From an uncultured Kordiimonas sp. (GTDB lineage: Bacteria; Pseudomonadota; Alphaproteobacteria; Sphingomonadales; Kordiimonadaceae), in the NCBI GenBank assembly GCA_947492375.1, contig CANLMI010000002.1:185529-249528 (forward strand): a stretch of 64,000 bases of DNA. The letters run 5' to 3'. Below are positions 50,088 to 59,662 of this stretch, piece by piece; positions within the stretch are counted from its first letter, which is position 1, and each line of letters opens with the position of its first letter. The notes under the pieces are model-generated. The model searched no databases, had not been told where the DNA came from, and saw only the letters and a list, made by a program, of their open reading frames with translations. Both the position numbers and the translations under genes were made by a program.

Positions 50088-50567
50088 ATGACTTTGCATC
50101 AATATACCATTCGGTTTTTTTATCTGTTGATACTAATAGCAATCAGCATGGTATGCTTTAATTTCAGCAACACACCCAATAAGATCGTTGCATTAAACGC
50201 ACGGGAAAAAGCTGCTTATATTAACCAGCTAGAGATTTATGACTTTTTTGCCGAGCGAATTGAACTTACGGACGGGCATAGGCAACCTGCTATATGGTTT
50301 CGCCTTCGAAATAATAGCAAGACCACCTTCCATTCAGTAAAGGTAAAAATCAGCTTCTTTGATAGAAAACAAAACCTAATACACGAGAGCTTCTTTCACC
50401 CAGTTCATCAAAATACTCTATTTCGCTATGCAATTCCCTTATTACGACCAGATGAAATATGGCAAATGGCACATACTAGCTATTATGTGCCCACCAATAT
50501 TCCCAACCACTGGGTCAGCGGTAATGCAACAGTTGAAATCGTTGATGTGATCGTTTTAAGTGACTAA
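50088..50567 (+). CDS. Hypothetical membrane-anchored protein
   Basis: One N-terminal TM segment (FFYLLILIAISMVCFNF) plus a soluble domain of about 125 aa that looks beta-rich. The ATG at 50088 is preceded by GGGGA. I recognise no family. Confidence 0.4.
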   Translation: MTLHQYTIRFFYLLILIAISMVCFNFSNTPNKIVALNAREKAAYINQLEIYDFFAERIELTDGHRQPAIWFRLRNNSKTTFHSVKVKISFFDRKQNLIHESFFHPVHQNTLFRYAIPLLRPDEIWQMAHTSYYVPTNIPNHWVSGNATVEIVDVIVLSD

Positions 50568-50570
50568 TCT

Positions 50571-51374
50571 TCAGCCCCTAGCTGGCGCTGGTTGTGGCCG
50601 CGTGTAAACCCAATTTAACTCGTCACTAAGCTCGGCATCATAATTATAGCCGCCCACGTTAAAGTTTTTTAACGCTTCTGGTTGGTTAATACGCTCATCA
50701 ATCACGTAACGCGCCATCATTCCACGCGCCTTCTTCGCAAGGAAAGAAACCACTCTGGCTTTACCATCTTTAACGTCTTTAAAAATTGGTGTTATCACTC
50801 GCGCCTTTAAACTCTTTTGTTTGACAGCCTTAAAATACTCGTTAGAGGCTAAATTTATCAACACTGCTTCGGCCTCTGCCGCAAATTCATGATTTAAGGT
50901 TTGTGATATTTTCTCATCCCAAAATTGATAGAGGTTTGCCCCTCTCGAGCTTTGAAACTTTGTTCCCATTTCAAGGCGGTATGCCTGCATCAAATCAAGC
51001 GGTTTCAATACACCGTATAATCCTGACAAAATCCGTATATGATTTTGTGCATACTCGCGGTCTTCAACACTCATTGAAGGCGCGTCAAGGCCAAGGTATA
51101 CATCACCCTTGAATGCATCAATCGCAGGTCTTGCATTAGTTGCTGTGAACGGCGTTTGAAATGCTTTAAAGCGCTCGACGTTGAGGTTCGCAAGATTATC
51201 AGACAACCCCATCATTGCTTTTAAATCTTCTGCGCTTAACTTTTGAGCAGCCTCTATTAACGTTTCGGCATCATCAAGTAATACGGGCTGGCTAGGTCGT
51301 TCACCAGCTTGCTCGGATATCTGCCAATCGCTTTCAAAATCAAGTTTCTTGGCTGGTGATAATACGATTAACAT
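50571..51374 (-). CDS. yaaA: Peroxide stress protein YaaA (DUF328)
   Basis: MLIVLSPAKKLDF N-terminus and the YGVLKPLD and RLEMGTK motifs. I chose the ATG at 51374. Confidence 0.9.
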   Translation of the reverse strand: MLIVLSPAKKLDFESDWQISEQAGERPSQPVLLDDAETLIEAAQKLSAEDLKAMMGLSDNLANLNVERFKAFQTPFTATNARPAIDAFKGDVYLGLDAPSMSVEDREYAQNHIRILSGLYGVLKPLDLMQAYRLEMGTKFQSSRGANLYQFWDEKISQTLNHEFAAEAEAVLINLASNEYFKAVKQKSLKARVITPIFKDVKDGKARVVSFLAKKARGMMARYVIDERINQPEALKNFNVGGYNYDAELSDELNWVYTRPQPAPARG

Positions 51375-51554
51375 CGACACATTCCTTACTTTTTCAAACT
51401 TTATAAATACCTTCACTGCCGAAGGAAACTATTCAACGACAACTTAGCCTAATATGGAAAGAAATTACTACTATCAATCGTTCGAATTTAGTTGCAGATA
51501 TACCGAACTTCATTCAATAAGGATATTCAAACAACAGTCACAAAAGGGTCTGTC

Positions 51555-52844
51555 ATGAGCAAAAATCAAAGAAATTACAGAAAAACCGCCATCGGCAATC
51601 ACAAATTAAGCCCCGAAACCCAAATGATGGGATATGGCTATGATCCAATGCTCTCAGAGGGGGCACTGAAACCTCCTGTGTTCATGACATCAACATTTGT
51701 GTTTGAAAACGCTCAAGCCGGCAAAGACTTTTTCGAGCTTGCTTATGGTAAGCGTGATGCTGCGACAGGTGAAAAACCTGGTTTGATATACTCGCGGATT
51801 AACAATCCTGACCTTGAAGTACTCGAAGATAGATTGGCACTATGGGAAGAAGCTGACAAAAGTTTAACTTTCTCAAGCGGTATGGCAGCAATCGCGACAA
51901 GCCTGATGGCATACTTAAGACCCGGAGATGTGATTGTTTATTCTGCCCCTATTTATGGCGGAACAGAATTCCTTATCCGTAATATTCTGCCCGAATATGG
52001 TATCAAGTCAGTAGAATTCGAATCTGGCTGGGACGAACTTACGCTTGAACCCGCGCTCGAAGAAGCCAAAAAATTGGGCCGTGTTGCAGTTATTTATGCC
52101 GAGACTCCGGCCAATCCAACAAATGGCCTAATCGACCTACAACGATGCGGCGATGCAGCAAAAGCCTTGGAGAAAGAACAAGGCTACAAACCCATAATAA
52201 TGGTTGATAATACTTTTCTTGGGCCTGTTTGGCAGCGGCCACTCCAGTTTGGTGTCGACGTTGTTCTATATTCTTTGACAAAATACGTCGCTGGTCATTC
52301 TGATGTTGTTGCAGGTGCTGCTATCGGCTCCGCAGAGGTTATGGCTCCTATTCAGGGTTTTAGAACCATCTTCGGCACTATGTGCGATCCACACACAGGC
52401 TGGCTTATTATGCGCTCGCTTGAAACATTGAAAATCAGGATGAGTGCATCAGCGGTAAGCGCAGAAAAAATTGCGACATTCTTGCGTGATCATCCAAGTA
52501 TCGAAAAAGTAAATTACCTTGGTTTTCTTGAAGAAGGTAGTCAAGCACACCGTATTTTCACACGGCAATCAACCTCTGCTGGATCAACTTTCTCATTTGA
52601 TATTAAAGGCGATGAAGCGGCTGCTTTCAGAGTCCTTGATTCCCTTCAAATTATCAAGCTTGCTGTGAGCCTTGGTGGTACTGAAAGCCTGATGGAGCAC
52701 CCATTTGCCATGACGCATGCCGATGTTCCAGACGACGTTAAATTGAGACTTGGTATCCTGGAACAAACATTGCGTATATCTGTTGGCATTGAAAATACCG
52801 ACGATTTAATTGCAGACCTAACTCAGGCACTAGCTGCTATTTAA
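51555..52844 (+). CDS. Cys/Met-metabolism PLP-dependent enzyme (cystathionine gamma-synthase / beta-lyase / methionine gamma-lyase family)
   Basis: YSRINNPD motif and the PLP-lysine motif YSLTKYVAGHSDVVAG. I chose the ATG at 51555. The exact activity cannot be resolved. Confidence 0.8.
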   Translation: MSKNQRNYRKTAIGNHKLSPETQMMGYGYDPMLSEGALKPPVFMTSTFVFENAQAGKDFFELAYGKRDAATGEKPGLIYSRINNPDLEVLEDRLALWEEADKSLTFSSGMAAIATSLMAYLRPGDVIVYSAPIYGGTEFLIRNILPEYGIKSVEFESGWDELTLEPALEEAKKLGRVAVIYAETPANPTNGLIDLQRCGDAAKALEKEQGYKPIIMVDNTFLGPVWQRPLQFGVDVVLYSLTKYVAGHSDVVAGAAIGSAEVMAPIQGFRTIFGTMCDPHTGWLIMRSLETLKIRMSASAVSAEKIATFLRDHPSIEKVNYLGFLEEGSQAHRIFTRQSTSAGSTFSFDIKGDEAAAFRVLDSLQIIKLAVSLGGTESLMEHPFAMTHADVPDDVKLRLGILEQTLRISVGIENTDDLIADLTQALAAI

Positions 52845-53298
52845 AGCGGGACAAACTTTTAAACTTACTGCAATCACCGTCATAAGCGGTGTCAATACCG
52901 TGTACAATCTTCCATGCACTTTCTTGTCTGGCTAGAGTGAACTGATTGACACCGCAACCAACTAATTTGCCTTTATAATGGAGAATAAAAGGCGCCCATA
53001 CCGTCGCCAAGCCACCGAATTCTTGTGTTCTGACCTCGAATATCTCTTCATCCGCGTCACCTTCACTCTGTTGGTCTACCCAGTTAGTCCAACGTTCAAA
53101 ATCACCCCGACGCAATTCACCACCTTTTGTGACACGATCAAGCTGTGCCCCTTCGAGTACAAGCAGGCGAATTGCCTGCCCGTCACCTGCCCGCATACCA
53201 TCAAAAAGTTTTTGAATGGCCCCCTCTGGTGTTTCATTAATTGCAAGCAGGCTAGAGGACATAAACAGAGATGCACAAAATAAACACAGGAACTGCAT
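52837..53298 (-). CDS. Secreted NTF2-like (SnoaL/lumazine-binding-like) protein
   Basis: Signal peptide MQFLCLFCASLFMSSSLLA plus an NTF2-like domain of about 130 aa. Its 3' end overlaps the convergent PLP-enzyme gene by 8 nt. Confidence 0.45.
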   Translation of the reverse strand: MQFLCLFCASLFMSSSLLAINETPEGAIQKLFDGMRAGDGQAIRLLVLEGAQLDRVTKGGELRRGDFERWTNWVDQQSEGDADEEIFEVRTQEFGGLATVWAPFILHYKGKLVGCGVNQFTLARQESAWKIVHGIDTAYDGDCSKFKSLSRFK

Positions 53299-53386
53299 TT
53301 GACGCAAGAAAAGTGGATACAACATTCTATAACTCCTGTAGCGAGGAAAAATAATTACACCAAGGGTATCAATGAATTTTCAAATG

Positions 53387-54949
53387 TCATACAAACCGAC
53401 TGGAAGGGAAATGTAAAGTAATGGTGGTTCCTTTACCCACTTCGCTTTCCAATTTTATCTCGCCGTCATGCATATCCATAAATGCTTTCACAAGCGAAAG
53501 CCCTAGGCCCGTTCCTTCATGGCTTCGACTTAGCGCCGATGCAGAGCGCATAAACGGTGAAAATACAAGTTCATGTTCTTCTTCAGGGATACCAATCCCA
53601 TGATCACGAACAGATATTACTAACTCATCATCCGCCTTATTCATAAAGGCATGAAGTTCAACATTACTACCACCCTGCGGTGTAAATTTAACTGCATTTG
53701 AAAGTAAATTAAGTACAGCTTGTTTAATTCTCAATCGATCACCACTGATTTGTGGAATGTCTTCCCCTACACAGGAAATAACGTTAAACCCGCGAATAAC
53801 GGCCTGCCCAGTCACTAGCGAGCAACTTTCCTCGCACAAAACATGTATATCAACATGTTCATCTTCGATTTTGAGCTGCCCAGCTTCGATTTTTGCAAGA
53901 TCAAGCACTTCCCCAAGCACATCAGATAAATGCTCACTGGAAGATCGAATGTCATTTAAATATTCCTTATATTTATCATGACCGATAGGCCCGAACATTT
54001 GATCAGCCATAATAGAAGAAAACCCGATAATAGCATTAAGCGGTGTCCTGAGTTCATGGCTAACATTGGCTAGAAACGCACTTTTTGCACGGTTGGCGGC
54101 TTCAGCTTCCTCCTTGGTTTCTACAAGTTGTTTAGTTGTTTCAATTGTTCGAACGATCTCGTGCTCTAATTCCAATGATCTGCGACGAAGTGCTTCTTCC
54201 GATGAAGCAAGCGCCGTATTTGTCGATCTCAAATTATCCAATAATTGCTGCACAGCATCAAACGACATATTAATCTGGCGCGCTAACAAACCAAGTTCAT
54301 CTTTTTCGTACGCATTGATTAACTTGATCCGCTTCTCGCCCGGTTGTTCAGGGCTAATGCTGGCCAACTGACTTACAATTTCATTCAATGGTTTGGTCAA
54401 TCCACGATAAAATGAAATATAAAGCAGTAAAACTAATAGAAAATTCCTAACAAAGCCTGTCAGAAATGTCGTAACCGCACGTGCAAAAAAAGGCTGTAGG
54501 CCAACCGCCTTGTCAACGTCCAAAATTAATTTACCGGGCCCGGATGCCGAGGCTTCTGGTAATTCAAGATCTGCTTCATAATCCACTGTTTTATCAAAGA
54601 ACAAATGAGCAAACTCAAATGTACTATTATCCAGCCGCGTTTCCTGACTGCCTTCTGCTAAAACCTTGCCGTCTTCATCAATGATTTTAACCTGAGATAT
54701 ATAATCATATTTCAGCAATCCGGTTATAACCTCATTTGCTAAGGTATCATCCAGAATAAATACCGCACGTGTAGAAGCATTTTTCGCCACTTCAAGGCTT
54801 TGGTGAACTTTGTCATCAAACAGTTCTATTTCCTCGAAATAATCAATATACACTTGACCGCCGGACAAGATGACACCGACCACAAATGCGATAATTACAG
54901 ACGTGCGCGCTAACTTAAATGAAATTCTATTGGACCAATGAAGCCTCAA
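53387..54949 (-). CDS. Membrane sensor histidine kinase (periplasmic domain, HAMP, HisKA, HATPase_c)
   Basis: Two TM segments flank a loop of about 140 aa. It has the H-box FLANVSHELRTPLNAI and N/G boxes (NLLSNAVKFT, DHGIGI, GTGLGLSL). No adjacent response regulator. Confidence 0.85.
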   Translation of the reverse strand: MRLHWSNRISFKLARTSVIIAFVVGVILSGGQVYIDYFEEIELFDDKVHQSLEVAKNASTRAVFILDDTLANEVITGLLKYDYISQVKIIDEDGKVLAEGSQETRLDNSTFEFAHLFFDKTVDYEADLELPEASASGPGKLILDVDKAVGLQPFFARAVTTFLTGFVRNFLLVLLLYISFYRGLTKPLNEIVSQLASISPEQPGEKRIKLINAYEKDELGLLARQINMSFDAVQQLLDNLRSTNTALASSEEALRRRSLELEHEIVRTIETTKQLVETKEEAEAANRAKSAFLANVSHELRTPLNAIIGFSSIMADQMFGPIGHDKYKEYLNDIRSSSEHLSDVLGEVLDLAKIEAGQLKIEDEHVDIHVLCEESCSLVTGQAVIRGFNVISCVGEDIPQISGDRLRIKQAVLNLLSNAVKFTPQGGSNVELHAFMNKADDELVISVRDHGIGIPEEEHELVFSPFMRSASALSRSHEGTGLGLSLVKAFMDMHDGEIKLESEVGKGTTITLHFPSSRFV

Positions 54950-55062
54950 AGGTTTGCTCCCAATCGCATTGTGTATTTAATTATTTTTATTTTAATGTAC
55001 GGAAACTAAATACTTTCTTAATGCTAGCTATAATTCTCTATAGAGTTGCACCTACTTAGAGA

Positions 55063-55485
55063 TTACCAAGTGCCTGTATTTTCCATCGAAGCCCACGGCT
55101 CCTTAGGTTCAAGCGGCCCTCCAGACTGTAATAATTCAATCGAAATATTATCTGGGCTTTTAACAAATGCCATATATCCATCTCTTGGCGGGCGATTAAT
55201 TACACCCCCCATATCCAGCAATCGTTGGCAAATCTCATAAATGTCATCAACGCGGTATGCCAAATGGCCAAAATTACGCCCAGCAGGATACTCTTCTGGA
55301 TCCCAATTATAGGTCAATTCCACCTGAGCTTCTTCGTCTCCAGGAGCAGCCAAAAAAATCAATGTAAATCGGCCAGCAGGTATTTCTTTGCGAGAGATTT
55401 CAACAAGACCGAGCTTATTACAGTAAAAGTCTATTGAAGCATCAATATCCCTAACCCTTACCATTGTATGTAAATATTTCATCAA
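55063..55485 (-). CDS. gloA: Lactoylglutathione lyase (glyoxalase I)
   Basis: LHTMVRVRDIDASIDFY...VELTYNW...GHLAY...ISIELLQ reads collinear with E. coli GloA as I remember it. Confidence 0.9.
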   Translation of the reverse strand: MMKYLHTMVRVRDIDASIDFYCNKLGLVEISRKEIPAGRFTLIFLAAPGDEEAQVELTYNWDPEEYPAGRNFGHLAYRVDDIYEICQRLLDMGGVINRPPRDGYMAFVKSPDNISIELLQSGGPLEPKEPWASMENTGTW

Positions 55486-55530
55486 AATTCCAAACTAACT
55501 AATTCTTATTTTTCAAAGTGTTACATGCTT

Positions 55531-56001
55531 TTATGGAGTAGCAAAAACTTGTTGAACAATTTTTTCCAGCCAAAACCGATCAACATCATCAAATGAATCA
55601 AGTTCTTCTGAGTCAATATCCAATACGCCGATCAGATTTTCAGCGTGATCAAATACCGGCACAACAATTTCAGACTTTGTACGGCTATCGCAAGCAATGT
55701 GATTTGCGATGGCATGAACATCGGGAACAATTTGAGTTTCCCTGTCGGCAGCTGCCGTTCCGCACACCCCTCGCCCAAAGGGTATTCTAAGACACCCCAA
55801 TGTACCCTGATAGGGCCCGACAACTAATTCATCAGCCTTCTCTGGCACCACCACGTAAAACCCTGTCCAGAAAAAGACTGAAGGGAATGTTTGGGCTAAA
55901 AGGCATGAAACCGTAGCCATACAGGCCGTAATATTTTCTTCGCCTTCCAAAACCGCCAAAATCTGGCTTTCAACCGTTTTATAGGTATCTGCTTTACTCA
56001 T
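55531..56001 (-). CDS. GAF-domain protein, free methionine-(R)-sulfoxide reductase-like (MsrC/YebR family)
   Basis: About 156 aa, GPYQG...C..I.FGRGVCG, and IGVLDIDS typical of this family. Confidence 0.75.
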   Translation of the reverse strand: MSKADTYKTVESQILAVLEGEENITACMATVSCLLAQTFPSVFFWTGFYVVVPEKADELVVGPYQGTLGCLRIPFGRGVCGTAAADRETQIVPDVHAIANHIACDSRTKSEIVVPVFDHAENLIGVLDIDSEELDSFDDVDRFWLEKIVQQVFATP

Positions 56002-56486
56002 TATTTCAGCCTCAATAAATTTTTCATGCCTTGATCATCGAGACCAAAATGCACTCTGTCTATCTCACGTTCAGCTTTTATATGATCATAAAACCCTAGT
56101 GCAATAGTATTATCGTCCAGTGCTGACCATTCAATAGCTTTACAGTCCATTGATCTGCTTTTGCTAACAATAGATTGCATTATCTTAAGCCCCAAACCAT
56201 TGCCTCTTGCCTTATCGCTAATTAATACATCTTCGATATAGGCAATTTTATGTCCTTTAAAGCTGGAGAATTTCTTGGCAAGCAACGCATACCCAACAAT
56301 TTGGCCTTCCCATAACCCAACAATACCGTAGGCAACAGGCGCGTCAGCAAATAATAAACCTGACAACATTTGCCGGGAAATTGTAACAGCCTCAGGTCGC
56401 CCTTCATGGTGCGCGAGTTCGCGTATCAACTCAAGAACGACGGGCAGATCAGTTTCTATGATGTCACGGTATTCAAACCTAGCCAT
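56001..56486 (-). CDS. GNAT-family N-acetyltransferase
   Basis: Acetyl-CoA-binding motif ARGNGLGLKIMQ, 161 aa. Confidence 0.75.
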   Translation of the reverse strand: MARFEYRDIIETDLPVVLELIRELAHHEGRPEAVTISRQMLSGLLFADAPVAYGIVGLWEGQIVGYALLAKKFSSFKGHKIAYIEDVLISDKARGNGLGLKIMQSIVSKSRSMDCKAIEWSALDDNTIALGFYDHIKAEREIDRVHFGLDDQGMKNLLRLK

Positions 56487-59400
56487 TGTGCAATTTTTCC
56501 TGCCAAGCGTTTCAACAAACCTTTGTAATCCTTCATATTAGCATGACCAAATAACGCAAGATGTAAAACTGCAAAAGCAGGAAGTGTAAAAACAAGAATA
56601 ATTGTTCCAACAATAATTCCAAACCCAAGTGATACCGCCGTTGGCACCAAAAACTGTGCTTGAACACTGGTTTCAAGGATAATTGGGATAACCCCTAGAA
56701 ATGTGGTTAATGTTGTAAGCAAAATTGCCCTGAAACGCTCAAGTGTACTTTCAATAACTGCCGTTACATAATGTTCACCTTCGAGCAAGCGGTCATTTAC
56801 AAAGCTAATCACCATCAAGGAATTATTGATAATAACACCGCTAAGGCCAATCACACCAAACATACTAAGAAGCGTTAAATCCAAGCCCAGAATAGCATGC
56901 CCGATCAAGGCCCCCATAAAGCCGAAAGGTATAGCTAACATTACAATCAATGGCTGGGTATAAGATTTAAAACTTAATGCCAACAATGTATATATTACCA
57001 TCATGGCCACAATAAAGTTACGCCCAATTGCCGGGCCTGCTTGCGCCTGTTCTTCCTGATCGCCAGATAACGTAATATTCAGCCCGTCGAAGTTTTCCTG
57101 CTCACGAGGGAGAACCTCTTCCAGAATATAGTCAGTAACAACACCCGCTGTTGAAAAGTTCGTGTCCACATCAGCGCTCAGTGTATAAACGCGGCGATTG
57201 CCAATTCGGGTAATCGCAGCAGGCGCCGGTGCAATAGTTAAATCGGCCAAACTCTCTATCGGAATAAATCCATCCGATACCCGGATACGCAGGTTTCTCA
57301 TCGCCTCGAAGTTGGTACGCTCTTCTTTGGGCAAACGCACTCTAACCTGAATTTCTTCCCGGTCCCGCTGTACACGCGTTGCCTCTGCGCCGAAAAATAC
57401 AGCCCGAATTTCACGTGCGAGATCATCTTGAGATAACCCATATGAACGAGCCAAAGGTTTCAATCGGATCTGTACCTCATCAGTTGTTCGAAAGCGATCA
57501 TCCCTAACATCAAACACACCCGGAAGCGCTTCCAGTTCACGGCGTATTGCTGCTACTGCCTCTCTGGTGTCACTATCTAGTCTGGTACTAATTTCAAGCT
57601 GTACAGGTGCGCCAGCCGTCACAAGATCAGATGTTATTGTTAATTTCTGTGCGCCAGGAATTTCACCAATAGCCTTGCGCCACTCGGTTTCAAAAATGCT
57701 TGCGGAAAAACTTCGTGTTGACGCCTCTTGAAGCCGCGCCACAATGAAAGCCTTGTTGGCCGCAGCCCCACCACTTGTAGAAGCTTGTGCATTATCAAGC
57801 GCTAAGGGTACGCCTAATGTCCAGAAAACACCTTCAAGGCCCTTCGCATTGGGATCAATCGACTGGGCAACCAATGGTGCTTTATCTGCAATCAATTTTG
57901 CAAATCTAATCGTCTGTTCTTTGGAAGTTGCTTCAGATAATTCAAGTTCCGCAGTTACATAATCTCCTTCAACCTCGGGAAAAAATATAAACTTAACAAC
58001 ACCGCCAGTAATAAGAGATAATGAGGCAAAAAATATTCCAAAAGCCACTAATACAGTCATAACCGGGTTAACTGTACAAAATGTAACGGCTTTTCTGATG
58101 GGGCCATCCGTCAATATACGGAGACGAGAAGCAAACCAATCGCGAAACGGATCTGCGATACGTCTAGGTGAAAACCTCCGGGGGGCTTCATTTCTAAGAT
58201 GCGATAAGTGTTTTGGTAAAATTAAAAAACTCTCAAATAATGAAATCAGTAATACGATAATCACAACTGACGCAATTGGCCCTAAAAACTGCCCAAAAGT
58301 GCCCGGAATAAACAAGAGCGGTACGAAGGCCACTATCGTTGTGGAAACAGAAAATAATACAGGTGTTGAAACCCTTAAAACTCCAACGCGTGCAGCCTCA
58401 TCAGGTGAATACCCTTTACGCCAGGTCGCATGAATATTTTCACCGACCACAATGGCATCATCTACAACAATGCCAATCGCAAGGATAAACCCAAAAAGTG
58501 TGAGCTGATTAATGGTCACACCAGCAGGCGCCATAAATGTAAATGCACCAACAAAAGCAACGCCAACACCAAAAGCAACCCACGCTGCAATACGAATATC
58601 CAAAAATGCCATCAATAACAGACAAACAAGTACAAGCCCCATAAAGGCATTTTCTGACAAAAGGTTAATTCGCTGTTTTAATGGTATAGATTCGTCGCGC
58701 CAAAAAACAGCATCAACACCGGACGGGAGAGCGGTTTCAATCTCATTATCAAAATACTCCCTTACTGCATCAGCTAAATCCAATAGCTTTTCATCCCCAG
58801 CGCGAAAAACAGAGATAAACATGGCTGGCTGACCTTGGTATACCGCTTTAATCGGTGTCTCAGCGAGCCCATCTTTAATCTTAGCCACTTCGCCTAACAA
58901 GACCGGAGTGCCCGCAGAACCAGCCCCCATGACTATCGTTTTAAATTCTTCTCCAGTCCTGCGTTCCCCCATGGACCGAACCAGTAATTTCTGCCGAGTA
59001 TTCTCAATCTCACCGCCCGATAAATCAATACTTTGCTGAGCTACCCGTTCTGCCATAGTAACCAAAGACAAACCAAGCGATTGCATTGTTGCCTCACTGA
59101 CCGATATATCGATCAAATACTCAGGCGCGCCGTTTATTGAAGCTCTGGAAATATTGGGTTTATCAGCAAGGTCTGATCTAATTCGTTCTGCAATTACCTT
59201 AAGTTCTTCAATATTTCTTTGCCCGTAAATCACAATTCTTGCCGCAAGCTCATCAACTTCCACATGAGTAATTTGAGGGCGTTCTGATTGCTGGGGGAAA
59301 ATATTAATCCGGTCAACTTCAGTTTGAACATCGTCAAGCATTTCAGGAATGCTTACACCTTCTTCCAGATCAACAATAACACTTGCGACACCTGAACCTG

Positions 59401-59653
59401 CAAGTGCTGTTATCTTACGAACCCCTTCAAGTCCCTCCAATCGCTCTTCAATCGGTTTTACAATTGATGTTTCAACCTCAGTTGGTGTAGCACCGGGATA
59501 CGGCACAGTAACCGATATCGCATTCAAAACAATTTCAGGGAATAGACGTACATTCAGCACTTGAATAGATATTAAACCGGAAATAATAATCACCGCAGCA
59601 AACAAGTTTGCAGCGACCCGGTTTTCGAGGCAAATCTCAATCAAACGTTTCAA
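56456..59653 (-). CDS. RND efflux transporter permease (AcrB/HAE family)
   Basis: 1065 aa, 12 TM segments with two large periplasmic loops, and the conserved GIVVDDAIVV motif. Confidence 0.9.
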   Translation of the reverse strand: MKRLIEICLENRVAANLFAAVIIISGLISIQVLNVRLFPEIVLNAISVTVPYPGATPTEVETSIVKPIEERLEGLEGVRKITALAGSGVASVIVDLEEGVSIPEMLDDVQTEVDRINIFPQQSERPQITHVEVDELAARIVIYGQRNIEELKVIAERIRSDLADKPNISRASINGAPEYLIDISVSEATMQSLGLSLVTMAERVAQQSIDLSGGEIENTRQKLLVRSMGERRTGEEFKTIVMGAGSAGTPVLLGEVAKIKDGLAETPIKAVYQGQPAMFISVFRAGDEKLLDLADAVREYFDNEIETALPSGVDAVFWRDESIPLKQRINLLSENAFMGLVLVCLLLMAFLDIRIAAWVAFGVGVAFVGAFTFMAPAGVTINQLTLFGFILAIGIVVDDAIVVGENIHATWRKGYSPDEAARVGVLRVSTPVLFSVSTTIVAFVPLLFIPGTFGQFLGPIASVVIIVLLISLFESFLILPKHLSHLRNEAPRRFSPRRIADPFRDWFASRLRILTDGPIRKAVTFCTVNPVMTVLVAFGIFFASLSLITGGVVKFIFFPEVEGDYVTAELELSEATSKEQTIRFAKLIADKAPLVAQSIDPNAKGLEGVFWTLGVPLALDNAQASTSGGAAANKAFIVARLQEASTRSFSASIFETEWRKAIGEIPGAQKLTITSDLVTAGAPVQLEISTRLDSDTREAVAAIRRELEALPGVFDVRDDRFRTTDEVQIRLKPLARSYGLSQDDLAREIRAVFFGAEATRVQRDREEIQVRVRLPKEERTNFEAMRNLRIRVSDGFIPIESLADLTIAPAPAAITRIGNRRVYTLSADVDTNFSTAGVVTDYILEEVLPREQENFDGLNITLSGDQEEQAQAGPAIGRNFIVAMMVIYTLLALSFKSYTQPLIVMLAIPFGFMGALIGHAILGLDLTLLSMFGVIGLSGVIINNSLMVISFVNDRLLEGEHYVTAVIESTLERFRAILLTTLTTFLGVIPIILETSVQAQFLVPTAVSLGFGIIVGTIILVFTLPAFAVLHLALFGHANMKDYKGLLKRLAGKIAQWLGLNTVTS

Positions 59654-59662
59654 TTGCCCCTC

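Noticed and set aside
51417-51554. A possible SAM/methionine riboswitch upstream of the Cys/Met-metabolism PLP enzyme
   Set aside because: I could not find the conserved SAM-II or other SAM riboswitch core or pseudoknot elements by eye. An Rfam covariance-model scan would be needed, so I make no call.
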